A stretch of DNA of 64,000 bases from the human T2T-CHM13v2.0 reference genome, Homo sapiens. This document shows, piece after piece, positions 30,543 to 44,439 of the stretch (position 1 is its first letter; each line of letters starts with the position of its first letter). The DNA is taken from assembly GCF_009914755.1 (NCBI RefSeq), contig NC_060947.1; one strand, written 5' to 3'. The notes below the pieces were generated by a model. The model saw only the letters and a list, made by a program, of their open reading frames with translations. It had not been told where the DNA came from and searched no databases. Position numbers and translations under genes: made by a program.

Positions 30543-32036
30543 TGACATGGTTTGGCTGTGTCCCCACTCAAATGTCATCTTGAATTTAACTCCCACAATT
30601 CCCATGTTATGGGGGTGAGTCTTTCCTTCACTGTTCCCATGATAGTGAATGAGTCTCAAGGGATCTGATGGTTTTAGAAATGGGAGTTTCTCTGTGCAAA
30701 CTCTCTCTTTGCCTGCCACCATCCATGTAAGATGTGACTTGCTCCTTTTTCCACCATGATTGTGAGGCTTCCCCAGCCATATGGAACTGTAAGTCCATTG
30801 AACCTCTTTATCATCCCAGTCTCATGTATGTCTTTATCAGCAGCATGAAAATGGACTAATACAGTAAATTGGTACCAGGAGTGGGGTGCTGCTGAAAAGA
30901 TATCTGAAAATGTGGAAGTGACTTTGAAACTGGGTAGCAGGCAGAGGTTCAAATAATTTGGAGGGCTCAGAAGACAGGAAAATGTGGGAAAGTTTAGAAC
31001 TCCCTAGACACTTGTTGATTGGCCTTGACAAAAATGCTGATAGCGATATGAACAATAAGCTCCAGGCTGAGGTGGTCTCAGATGGAGATGAAGAACTTGT
31101 TGGGTACTGGAGCAAAGGTGGCCCTTGTCATGTTTTAGCAAAGAGACTGGTGGTATTTTGCCCTTGCCCTAGAGATTTGTGGAACTTTGAACTTGAGAGT
31201 GATGATTTAGGGTATTTGGCAGAAGAAATTTCTAAGCAGTAAAGCATTCAAGAGGTAACTAGGGTGCCGTTAAAGGCATTCAGTTTTATAAGGGAAGGAG
31301 AGCACAAAAGTTTGGAAAATTTGCAACCTGAGAATGTGATAGAAAAGAAAATCCCATTTTCTGAGGAGAAATTCAACCCAGCTGCAGAAATTTGCATAAG
31401 TAACAAGGAGCCAAATGTTAATCTCTAAGACAATGGGGAAAATGTCTCCACAGCATGTCAGAGGTCTTCACAGCAGCCCCTCCTATCGCAGGCCCTGAGG
31501 CCTAGGAGGACAAAATGGTTTCGTGGGCCAGGCCCAGGTTGCCCATGCTGTGTGCAGTCTAGGGACTTGGTGCCCTGTGTCCCAGCCACTCCAGCCATGA
31601 CTAAAAGGGGCCAAGGCACAGCTCAGGCCATGGCTTCAGAGGGTGCAAGCCCCAACCCTTGGCAGTTTCCATGTGGTGTTGAGCCTGCGGGGGCACAGAA
31701 CGATATGGTTTGGCTGTGTCCCCACCACCCAAATCTCATCTTGAATTGTAACTTCCTCAATTCCCATGTTTCATGGGAGGAAGCCAGTGGGAGGTGATTG
31801 AATTATGGAGTTGGGTCTTTCACGCACTGTTCTCGTGATAGTGAGTGAGTCTCACAAAATCCTGCACAAGCTCTCTTTACCTGCCACCATCCAAGTAAGA
31901 CGTGACTTGCTTCTCCTTTCCTTCCACCATGATTGTGAGGTCTCCCCAGCCATGTGGAATTGTAAGTCCATTAAACCTCTTTTTGTTCCCAGTCTCGGGC
32001 ATGTCTTTATCAGCAGCATGAAAACAGACTAATACA
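30543..32036 (+). mobile_element. THE1A-like provirus with internal deletion: LTR 30543-30863, internal 30864-31700, LTR 31701-32036
   Basis: Two THE1 LTRs ending GACTAATACA. Internal region is only about 840 bp, versus about 1550 bp (Alu excluded) in the THE1 copy at 2059-3923. Confidence 0.92.
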
Positions 32037-32042
32037 CCTGCC

Positions 32043-33360
32043 ATATGATTGTATACCTAGAAAACCCTAAAGACTCCTCCAAAATGTTCCTAGAACTGAT
32101 AAATGAATTCTGCAAAGTTTCAGAATATAAAATTAATGTAGACAAATTAGTAGCTCTGCTGTACACCAACAGTGACCAAGCAGAGAATCAAATCAAGAAC
32201 ACAACCCCTTTCACAATAGCTGCAAAAAAAAAAAAAAAAAAAAAGAAAAAACACAAAAATACTTAGGAATATACCTAACCAAGGATGTGAAAGACCTCTA
32301 CAAGTAAAACTACAAAACACTGCTGAAAGAAATCATAGATGACACAAACAAATGGAAACATCCCATGCTCAGGGGTGGGTAGAAACAATATTGTGAAAAT
32401 GACCATACTGCCAAAAGCAATTTTCAAATTCAATGCAATTTCCATCAAAATACCACCATCATTCTTCACAGAACTAGAAAAAAACATCCAAAAATTCATA
32501 AGAAACCAAAAAAGAGCCTGCATAGCAAAGCAAGACTAAGCAAAAAGAAAAAATTGAGAGACATCACATTACCTGACTTCAAACTATACTATAAGGCCAT
32601 AGTCATCAAAACAACATGGTACTGGTATAAAAATAAGCACATAGACCGATGGAACAGAATAGAGAACCCAGAAATAAAGCCAAATACTTACAGCCAACTG
32701 ATCTTTGACAAAGCAGACAAAAACATAAAGTGAGGAAAGGACAGTCTATTCAACATATGGTGCTGGGGTAATTGGCAAACCACATGTAGAATAATGAAAC
32801 TGGATCCTCATCTCTTACCTTATACAAAAATCAACTCAAGATGGATCAAAGACTTAAACCTTATACCTGAAATGATAAAGATTCTACAAGATAACATAGG
32901 AAGAACCCTTCTAGACATTGGCTTAGGCAAAGACTTTATGACCAAGAACCCAAAAGCAAATGCAACAAAAACAAAGGTAAATAGATGGGACTTAATTAAA
33001 CTAAAAAGCTTCTTCACAGCAAAAGAAACAATCTTAAACTAAAAAGCTTCTTCACAGCAAAAGAAACAATCAGCAGTGCTAACAACCCACAGGTAGGGCG
33101 AAAATCTTTGCAATCTATATATCTGACAAAGGACTAATATCTAGAATCTACAAGGAACTCAAACAAGTGAGCAAGAAAAAAACAACCCCATCAAAAAGTG
33201 ACCTACGTACACGAATAGACAATTCTCAAAAGAAGATATACAAATGGCCAACAAACATGAAAAAATGCTCAATATCACTAATGACCAGGGAAATGCAAAT
33301 CAAAACCACAATGTGATACCACCTTACTCCTGCAAGAATGGCCATAATCAAAAAATAAAA
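32043..33360 (+). mobile_element. L1 ORF2 segment (inverted part of the same L1PB insertion)
   Basis: ORF2 peptides [11 protein letters not shown]..., KMTILPKAI..., [22 protein letters not shown]. Ends where the antisense 3' piece begins in L1 coordinates. Confidence 0.9.
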
Positions 33361-33785
33361 GGTCCGGTTATTTAAAAGAGTGTGGCACCTCATCCCCTAC
33401 TCTCTCTCTTCCTCTTGCTCTCACCATGTGACATGTTGGCTCCCTGTTGCTTTCTGCCATGATTGTAAGATTCCTGAGACCTCATCAGAAGCAGATGCTA
33501 GCACCATGCTTCCTATAAAGCCTGCAGAACTATGAACCAATTAAACTTCTTTTCTTTATAAATTAAACAGGCTGTTATTTCTTTGTAGCAATGCAAGAAC
33601 AGACTGACACAGAAAACAAGGAGGGGGACATTGCTATAAAGATACCTGAAGATGTGGAAGCTGCTTTAGAGCTTGGTAATGGGCAGAGTTTGGAGGGCTC
33701 AGAAGAAGACAGGATGATGGGGGAAAGTTTAAAACTTCTTAGAGACTGGTTAAATTGTTGTGACCAAAATGCTGATAGAAATATG

Positions 33786-34162
<377 letters not shown>

Positions 34163-35116
34163 CTATTGAGAAATGGAGTAAACGTTATCCATGTTATGCT
34201 GTAGCAAAGAACTTTGCTGTATTGTGTCCATGCCCTAGGGAATCAGTGGAAGTTTGAACTTAAGAGGGATGACCTAGGGTATCTGGCAGAAGAAATTTCC
34301 AAGCAGCAAAGCACTGAAGAAGTGACATGGCTGCTTCTAACAACCTACAATCAGAGACAAGAGCAAATAAACGACTTAAAATTGAAACTTATATTTAAAA
34401 GGGAGGCAAAGCATAAAAGTTTAGAAAATTTGCAGCCTAGCCATGTGGAAGAGAAAGAAAAAAGCATTTTCAGGAAAAAAATTCAAACAGGCTATGGAGC
34501 AACCACTTGCTACAATGATGGGAGGGGCTACTGCAAGGGTCTCTGAAATGCCTTCAAGGCCTTTTCCCTGTTTTCTTGGCTATCAGCACTGGGCTCCCTT
34601 TTAGTTATGCTGGATCCCTGTTGCCTTCTGCCACGATTGTAAGTTCCCTGAGGCCTCATCAGGAACTGAGCAGTTGCTGGTACCATGCTTCCTGTACAGA
34701 CTGCAAAACTGTAAGCCAAGTAAACCTCTTTTCTTTATAAATTACCCAGCCTCAGGTATTTCTTTATAGCAATGCAAGAACAAACTGACACAACCACTGA
34801 TAATAATGTTAATAATTTCACTGTGACAGCATGCCAAAAGCTATTGGTATTCCACCTACCATCAATTAAATGGTCCCTAAAAAGTGGTAAGTTCCCTAAG
34901 GAGAACCCTGAAACTTTTCCCCAGTGCCCACTTTTCTACCTCTTCTGAGACTGAGCTCCCTTCTCTATAAGTGCCAAGTTCTAAAGACAGACATGGCATG
35001 ACATAACAGGGAATAATTTGTTGTGGGAAAACCCCCTCCAGTTAAGCACCATATTTACTACTCCTTTGTTTTAATTCCACATTACCATCAAAATAAAGCC
35101 AAAAAGGAGGGAGATT

Positions 35117-35554
35117 ATAGTGGGTGCTGTCACCCAAATTCTCCATTCAGTACTGAAGGAATCATTTTCACTACTGCTGAGAGTGTTGGCTGTTAATGAC
35201 TCACCGCTGAGTCCCTCTCTGGGATCTGGCCTCATCTGAAGAGAAAAAGCTCACCCAGAGTTGTATCCTCTCTCTGAAGAGGAGTCCACATCTAGTGACT
35301 GTGACATAGGACTACAGCTCCTGGCTTCCTTGCATCAGTTTAGGACAAATTTGAAGGGTTATCTCAACTCCAAAACCCCATAAGGAACTGGCTGAAGCCT
35401 CTGCTGCAACTGCATGGTAGTCCAAAACGTCTCTGTATCTAAATATTCTTTCCTGATTATCTTAGAAATCTTATTTCTGAGAGGACTTCCTGAAGAAACC
35501 TCCTCATACAGATATTCATTTTAGAGGGTATTGACTGAGGAATATGACTTAAGA
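35117..35554 (+). mobile_element. LTR16C-like ERVL 5' LTR
   Basis: GCTGAGAGTGTTGGCTG...CTCACCGCTGAGTCCCTCTCTGGGA... and terminal CTTAAGAC match LTR16C. Confidence 0.75.
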
Positions 35555-38127
35555 CTGGGTTCTAGGAGTAGACCTAGAAAGAAAACTCTAAAGTGGCATT
35601 TTAGAGGTGGATTATCCATCAGCCAGCTTGGAGTGGGAACCATTTCACTGGGGGCAGGTGGAATACTAACTGCTTTTGGCATTCTGTAGGCAGTGAAATT
35701 GTTTATGCATCTTTTGGCAGTGAACTGGGATGGAATACCAGAGAAAGAGAACACGTTGGTAAGTACAACATCTTGTATGTTTCAGCATTTGGGTGAGGTA
35801 GTAATTATAAGGACTAGGGATTGAATGGCTTTTGCTAGACGCTATTCATGCTTTGGACAAAAACAATGAAAGGATAAGGAGGTCTAGTAATTGATTTAAG
35901 ATGGAGTGTGAATGGCAAATATCTTTGCCAACATATAAAGAGGCACTCATTTCTTTCAGCTGGAAGGCAGAAAAAGCTGGTGATCAGGCCCAGGACTTAA
36001 TTATAAAGCATCTCAGAGTCCAGAGAAGGTTGAATTTTCAACCATGGTTAGTCGGCTCTGCCAAGGTCAGGGTATTCATTGGGAAGGAATGGGACCTGAG
36101 GCATGGGATAGGTACATCTGGGTCAATGGACTCTAAAATCTTGATTTCCAAGATTCTCCTGATCTCTCTAGGGCTGCAAAAGTTAAAATCCTCCTCCTTG
36201 CTAAAATCTAGTGCTCTATCCTGTTTGGAAGATGTTAGATATTTCTGCTTTGGAAAAAAAAAGTATCCTGGCTGGGCATGGTGGCTCACTCTTGTAAGCA
36301 CTTTGGGAGGCTGAGGTGAGAGGATCACTTTAGCCCTGGAGTTTGAGGCTGCAGTGAGCTACAGTGTGCAACTGTACTCCAGCCTGGGCAACAGAGCAAG
36401 ACTCTTTCTCAGAAGAAAAAAATACCCTCCCCCCACCACAGAAAACATGTATCCTCTCTCAGAATCCTCACTTCACTTCCTTGCCATGAGACCCCAAACT
36501 AAAATCAAGTAACAACATTATCCAGTTAGGGAAGTGCTGGGCCTCTTAAGAGAGGAAAGGGTCTATGTACCAAAGTAGCTGCAGGATCTAGTCAACATGA
36601 TTAATTGGAGCCAGAACAGTATATGTAAGACTGGATCCTGTGTGTGATGGATCAAAAAAACAAAATGTAAAGTTGGATAAATGTGAGTTTTCTTAATATG
36701 GATTACTTTCCCATGATATAGGATTTACTTGGTCAAGGACCCTGGAAGATAGGGCTAATATGTTTCTAAGGTTTCTCTTGGAATCTTTGGAAAATGATTA
36801 TCCACAAAAAGTGAAGTAAAAACTGCTGGAAATTGCATGAAAGATGATGGAGGAATAAATCAGAACTCTCCAGAACTGGTCATGCCAGGGAAAGGGAACA
36901 CACTGCAAGACTGGAAAATCTGCCAGCCAAATATTTTCTGAAGAAAGGCTCAGAAGACATTCTATTTAACCAAAGCAATAAAGAATGATGTGCTGGCAAG
37001 ACAGACACATCCATTACTGAGAAACTTGCTGTCCTATACAGATCAGGGATAACACTGGGAAATGCTGTAATAAAACTGGGCTACTTGATGGCAAAGGTGA
37101 TGACAGGATCTGGAAATAATAGAGGCCAGATGTCATTGATTTACTATCAGGAGCAAAGTGGGCGCAATTATTGTAGAGAACAGCAAGGTCAGAGTGGCAG
37201 CCAAGGGGTCCTGACCTGCAGAGAACTATGCAGATAGTTAATAGAACATAGTATTCTAGGAGCAAGATAGATGGGAACCCAACAAGATTTTTGCCTAATT
37301 GACACAACCAAAAAAACAAAACAAAACAAAAAAAAAAAAAAACAAAGATGGATGACCAGAAAGGGCAGCTTTCCCAATAAAATATATGATCTCTTGCCCA
37401 ATTTCCATTCCTAAGCCTGTTCTCATATCCAACACCAAAGCAAGCTGAAAAGCCTATAATGTTTCCTCCAGTCTCTCCCTGAAGTGACTTAAAATTATCT
37501 GCTTGAGTAACTATACACTGGGATAAAGGAAATACTTAAGTATTTTGAAGTTTGTTTGGATCAGTTGACATTGCTAACAGGACACCAGAAGTGTCATTGT
37601 GGCTTCTCTGTTGGAGTGGGAGCATATATAAACCAGGTAATAAGTGGAGTCCTGGTTCAGGTTTAGCTCACAGTAGGTCCACTATATCTATAGATTCACC
37701 TTGGGGTCACTACCCCAGTCTACAAATGTATAATTAGAATGGTTATACATGATACTTGGAAGAATCCCAACATCAGGTCTTTGTTCTGTGGGGTAAAAGC
37801 TATCATAGTGGGAAGGCTAAGTGCAAACCTCTGGATAACTCCCTCTCTCTCTTATCCCCAGTCAAGACAGTAAATCAAAAATAAAATTACTTCCTGGAAG
37901 AATGACAGAGATTATTGCCTCCCTTAAAACTCTGAAGGATGCAGAAATGTGAGTCCTTACCATATTCTCATTGATTTACCATTCTGGTTCGTATGAAACC
38001 AACTACACACTGGAGGGCTAAAGTGGATTATGGTAAACTCAATTAGGTAGTATCCCCAATCACAACTGCTGATCTAGATAATGGTATTTTTGCTGGAGCA
38101 TATTAACATAACTTCAGGTACATGGTA
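35555..38127 (+). pseudogene. Decayed ERVL (HERV16/ERV3-16-like) internal region: gag, pro and start of pol
   Basis: ORF 35901: AEKAGDQAQDLI...VQRRLNFQP..VGSAKVRVFIGKEWD resembles ERVL gag. Near 37980-38127 the sequence resembles the RT N-terminus (W.RA.VDYGKLN.VV.PIT.A, LLEHINITSGTWY). Many stops and frameshifts. Confidence 0.82.
36270..36422 (+). mobile_element. Alu monomer (FRAM/FAM-like or arm-recombined AluJ)
   Basis: About 150 bp, left-arm-like start and right-arm-like end, A tail, approximate TSD AAAA(G/A)TA(T/C)CCT. Confidence 0.85.
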
Positions 38128-39400
38128 TATGGGAAAGTTTGGAACTCCCTAGATACTTGTTGAATGCCTTTGACCAAAATCCTGATAATGATATGGACAA
38201 TGAAATGCAGGCTGAGGTGGTCTCAGATGGAGATGAGAAACTTGTTGGGAACTAGAGCAAAGGTCACTCTCTTGTTATGTTTTAGCAAAGAGACTGGTGG
38301 CATTTTGCCCCTGCCCTAGAGATTTGTGGAACTTTGAAATTGAGAGAGATGATTTAGGGTATGTGGCAGTAGATACTTCTAAGCAGCAAAGCATTCAAAA
38401 GGTGACTTGGGTGCTGTTAAAGGCATTCAATTTTATAAGGGAAGCAGAGAATAAAAGTTTGGAAAATTTGCAGCTTGAGAATGTGATAGAAAAGAAAATT
38501 CCATTTTCTGAGGAGAAATTCAAGCCAACTGCATAAATTTGCATAAGTAACGAGGAACTGAATGTTAATCCCCAAGACAATGGGGAAACTGTCTCCAGGG
38601 CATGTCAGAGGTCTTCACGGCAGCCTCTCCCATCATAGGCCTGGAGGTCTAGGAGAAAAAAATGGTTTCATGGGCAAGGCTCAGGGTCCCCATGCTGTGT
38701 TTAGTCTAGGGACTTGGTGCCCTGCCTCTCAGCCACTCCAGCCATGACTGAAAGGGGCCAACATGGAGCTTGGGCCATGGCTTCAGAGGGTGCAAGCTCC
38801 AAACCTTGGCAGCTTCCATGTGGTGTTGAGGATGTGAATGCACAGAAGTCAAGAACTGGCATTTGGGATCTCCACCTAGATTTCAGAGGATGTATGGAAA
38901 CACCTGGATGCCCAGGTAGAAGTTTGCTGCAGGGGTGGGGCCCTCATGGAGAACCTCTACTAGGGCAGTATGGAAAGGAAATGTGGGGTTGGTGCCCCCG
39001 CACAGAGTCCCTACTGGACACTGCCTAGTGTAGCTATGCGAAGAGGGCAACTATCCTCCAGACCCCAGAATGGTAGATCCACTGACAGCTTGCACCGTGA
39101 GCCTGGAAAAGTCACACTCAACTCTAGCCCATGAAAGCAGCTGGGAGGGAGGCTGTACCCTGCTGAGCCACAGGGGCAGAGCTGCCCAAGACCATGTGAA
39201 CCCACCTTTTGCATCAGCATGACCTGGATATGAGACAAGGAGTCAAAGGAGATCATTTTGAAGCTTTAAGATTTGACTGCCCTGCTGGATTTCAGACTTG
39301 CATGGGGCCTGTAGCTCCTTTGTTTTGGCCAATTTCTCCCTTTTGGAATGGCTGTATTTATCCAATACCTGTACCCCCATTGTATCTAGGAAGTAACTAA
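38128..39400 (+). mobile_element. THE1 internal fragment with no LTRs
   Basis: Colinear with 2185-3743 of the other THE1 copy (GGGAAAGTTTGGAACT...CTAGGAAGTAACTAA). No TGATATGG or AATACA LTR sequence on either side. Confidence 0.9.
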
Positions 39401-39879
39401 TAAACTAATAACAAAGTTTGACTTGCAATCTCAGGTGCTATGGTTGAATTGAGCTGCTCCATGAAAATGATTTCTTTCATGTTTTTGAAATTAGTATTCT
39501 CAGACATTTGTTTTTCAGATAGTATTTTTTAATTTAATGTAATTTGCCAAAGAACAACTGGCTTCTGGTTTCAAATAAAATGTTTCCATGTGTCTTATTC
39601 TAACAAAAACAAGAGAAAAGTTTTATTATAAGCCTGCCTGTAACTTGCTGGATGATTTTACCAAATTATCTTTATCTTCTGTGCTTGATGTTACCTCTCT
39701 TTATAATGAAAATAGCAGAGAGGCAGAGGACTTTAGGAATACTTACAGAGAAACTTTAATTTCCAAAAGTATCTGAGGATAAATACAAAGACTATTATAA
39801 ACCCAAGATTCTAGAACAGAAAATAAAAAGACAGTCATCTATACATAGATGACAGCATGTTGAAGCAAATATCAACCCT

Positions 39880-40565
39880 TTACATGAATATAGTGCTTTA
39901 TAGATTATAAAGAGTGTTTATATACCAGTGATTGTCTAGGTGGATGCTATAATCATTCCTCTTTTATAAACAGGAAGGCTGAAGCTGAGAGAGGTTAAGA
40001 TTCTTAATCAATATCTCCTGGGTAATAACAACATAACTGGGAACCTAGGTTTTCTGATTAGAAAGTTCAGGAATGTTTTCACTACACTAAAGTTGTATTT
40101 TGAAATGCAAGCAGGAAAGATAAGTTTCAGTTAAGTTTCTTTAACATAAGTAAGTTAAAGAACATTTCAGAAAACATTAGGGAAGAAGAAAAATATCTAA
40201 ACAGATATTTTCAGAAATGAATGTAGTTTTGAAATGTTTTTCTCATTTAAAAATTTTAGCTGACATTTATAAAATGATTTGATCATCCCAAATTCTTTTT
40301 TCAGAAAATCCAAGGCAACACAGAAGTAATATTTACTGGGAGCCTACTTTGACACGGAAGTAATATTTATTGGGAGCCTACTTTGTGTCAAGCACTGTGC
40401 AAGGTGCTTTACAGAAAAAGTTCATGCAATTGTCATAGTCACCCTATTATTTTACAGGTAGGAAAATTGAGGTTCAGAGATAATAAATTACTTGCCTAAA
40501 GTTCCAAAGCTTATAAGGAGCAGCACTGAGATTTCAGCCCAGGTTGTCTGACTCCAAAGCCCCTG
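39880..40565 (-). mobile_element. Two MIR fragments (about 39880-40090 and 40360-40565)
   Basis: CTGAAGCTGAGAGAGGTTAAG and TTTTACAGGTAGGAAAATTGAGGTTCAGAGA...CTGACTCCAAAGCCC cores. Confidence 0.75.
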
Positions 40566-40768
40566 TTACAATTATGAATCAATCATTTGATCCAGTAGTA
40601 TTTAAGTGGCACTAATTATGAGCTCAGCATTTTGAGGATCAACATAAGAAATATAAGATAGAATCCCAGCCCTCAGAAAATCAACAACTTATCTGGAGAG
40701 AAAAAAAAAGGGATTAGAACAAATTGTTGAATTATGTAGTATAGACTTGTATTCAAAAATATGGTCCC

Positions 40769-41169
<401 letters not shown>

Positions 41170-42539
41170 TCAGGTCTACCCAATTACAGTCTGCATTTTA
41201 ATAAGAACCTTGAGTAACTTGTATGCACAGTAAAGTTCGAGAAGTTTGTGTATGGATTATCAATTCCTGCCTAGGGAATAGGCAAGAAAGATGTCAAGAA
41301 AGAGATGCTGCAACTGGGCTTTGAAGGCAGGGGTGATGTGACTCTCCCTATCTCCTTCAAGTTGTCTTATCTCCAGTGGGTCTGGCAAGGCTACTCTGAG
41401 AGTAGTGATAGGGGAGAGAAGGGAAGGTAGGGAAGGATTCCAGGGAAGTAGTACAAGCAACTGAAAAGTGAAGGAGTTGGTGACGATAATCAGGGAGTTC
41501 AGATTCCACCAATAGGAAGAGAGAATGTAAAGGTATTATTTACACCCTTACCCTGCATCACTCCCCATCCTCTCCTCAGGTGGTAGGCTGGAGGCAGTCT
41601 GGTTTGTATGTTGCTGTATGTCATTGGATGTGTAAATACATGCATAAACCTCCACCTCAGGACTTCTTTAATGCTATAGGCCTAATTGGTGCATTTTAAT
41701 AATAAAGTCTTTTTTTCAAATAAACTCATATCCTAAAGCTGTATTTTCTTTGATAAAGCTCAGCCACAACTGGTCCTCAATAAAATTTACATTTGCTCTA
41801 GGGACTAAGAACATTAAATATCTTTCTCTTAACTGAGCACCATTCTAATTAGGGAGAAATTGCATTAGGGAGCCATGTGACTATCTGAGAAGAGCATATT
41901 CATTCCTGATTTTGATATTTTAAAATATAGCAGATTGCAGAAATGCAGATTACGATGTGGATATAGTGTTAAAATTGCTTTTGCCATTATAAAGATAAAA
42001 ATAGCTCTTGGCTCAAATTTCCTGCTGCTTCTTTCTAAATGAAGGAGTTAAATACTGAAAGGCAGGTGGATGCTGACGCTTCTTTAGAAAGAGATGAATA
42101 GGGTTGATGGCAGGAGCTACAGGGAAGCTATTGAGGCTGCAGATGCATATGCTGCCCTTACTTCCCACAAAGTTCAAAGTGGGGTGAAGCTGCCCGGGTA
42201 ATTGGCTATGAAATAGCAAACCCTCTGGATGAAAATGGCCCTTGTACTTAATTGCCCACGTTCTGGGCAGCGGGTAGCCACCTGGTTGATTAGTGACCCT
42301 ACCTATATTTACAACCACCGAAGTTTAAGTGTGAGTATGATTGTTAAGACACTGGCACCAAGTTCAATCGGGGGCCTTGGAATTTCAATCAGTTCTGACC
42401 ACTTCATGTCCAAGTCCTTCACCTTCCAGACCCAAGCAGATGGTCCTACAAAGCCCCAAGGTAAAAGCCCATTTTACAATTGAACAGAATGAAGACATGC
42501 ATATTTGTAAAATAGCAAGTACAATAGCAACAACTGTGA

Positions 42540-43850
42540 TGAGAAAGAGGCATTTTATTTGTATAGCACTTAGCAATTTGCCAAGCACTTTTCTTGAAAT
42601 TCTTATTCTGGTCTTCACAAAAAGCTTGTAACAGAGGGTTTATTGTGTTCATTTTTTAGATGGATAAATTAAGATCCAGTGAAGGTAAGTGAGTTTTGCA
42701 AGGCTGCACAACTAGTAGGCAACATAACTGGCACTCATATTTGGATCTTTTGACACAAAATCCAATCTCTTTTTTACAGCAGTAATTTACCTTAACTGTA
42801 TCCACTCTCGCAGTTCTGCAGGATCTAATTTATGTCTGCTTTAGCCACAGAACACCTTTGGGTAGGAGATACCCACGTGTGAAACATACCCAGGTTTACA
42901 TTGGCTTCTGGTGAATTGGCCAATCACAATGTCTGCCTTGTATTCCCTAATAGTCAAGTTCTATAGTCCGTTCTAAAGTAGTAACAATGGCTAATACTGT
43001 GTGCTGAGTGTTGCACTAAGCACTTCACATTTATTAACTCATTTAAAGCTTTACCTTACAACAACCCTACAAGGTAGGTATTGTTTTGTATCCACATTTC
43101 ACAATTGAGGAATCTGAGGCAGAGAGAGGTTAAGTAATTTGTTCGTAGTGGAACTCCCTAGTGTGGTCCGAATCTATGCTTTCAGCACTATACAAAATCA
43201 TCTGTCTATGGCAGAATTCAGAAATCCATCCATGGGTACAAGACATTCACACTCCCAGATCTTTTCCAAATCAATCCTGCTAATGCCCCAGAGCTGTGCA
43301 TTCCCTTTATTGAACTGGGAGTGGAAAGTGTGAGGCTAGATGGCTAGGTAATTGCTATGCCGAAGTGAAAGAAGAGAAGAAACTAAAATTACAAAAAGAA
43401 AAACAAAACCCATTTAAAATGGCACCTCTATGGTACCAGGTACTATATTAGTCAATTCACTAATGTTTTCTTCTTTCATTTAAACCAAACTATTATAAAA
43501 CCTATTTTTCAGGTGAGGAAATAGGCTCAGTGAGGTTAAGTTGCCTAACACAACCTGTAGTTCCATAATTGCATCCCAAACAGTCCGATATCAGAGCTTG
43601 AACACTGAACCACTCTATCAAAGTTACATAATGACAACCATTAAACATTACCACTTAATGGGCACATACCACGTGCCAGGCACTGCCTTGAATGCTTTCT
43701 CTACAATGGGTCACTTAATTCTCAGGACAACCCTATGAGGCTGGTCTTATAATTATCCCCATTCCAAAGAAAGAAAACTGACTCATACCCACTAAGTGTT
43801 GAAGCCAGGATTTGAACCCACTTCTCTTTGTTATCAAAGCTCTTTCCAAT
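42540..43850 (-). mobile_element. Cluster of four antisense MIR fragments (about 42540-42790, 42980-43200, 43410-43620, 43640-43850)
   Basis: Repeated MIR cores such as TGAGGAATCTGAGGCAGAGAGAGGTTAAGTAATTTG and GACAACCCTATGAGG...GCCAGGATTTGAACCC. Confidence 0.75.
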
Positions 43851-44439
43851 ATAGGGGAAATGGAGAAAGCTGAGCTTTGCACATCACATAGGAATGTACT
43901 CCCTGTTTAGATTGGTCAGGGATGCTGCTGGCTATTTGCCTAGCTGATTCCGAGGCTTTAAGGGAAGACTTGAAAAGCAGAGGCTTGGATTTTTTTCCAT
44001 AATGTAAGGCTTAGAAAAAAAGCAGGGGCTACTACTTCAGCATAACCCTCCTACTGACACATGACAGCTCACCTTGTACCCACCTTTGGGTCCTCATGGC
44101 ATCTGAGAAATCTTTTTCACCCATGGGTATAATAAAATCTATAAATATAGATATATAAGCGAAAGTGGGCATACATTACTCTTATCTGGTCCTTAAAGCA
44201 GGTCTGAGTATTTCTACTTATTAGTTAGTTTTATTTTATTTTGTGTAATTAAAGAAATTAAGCTTATTCTCTACATAGCAGAACAAAACAATACTTTCAA
44301 ATTCAATCTTTTGATTGATTCAGTCAAATCCCTGCATAATTAGTAAGATTTTTCTGTATTTTGCTTTGTTTTGTGTATAATGTATACTAAAGTTTAGGTT
44401 TAAAATTAAAGCACCATCAACATGAAAGCTGGAAATACA

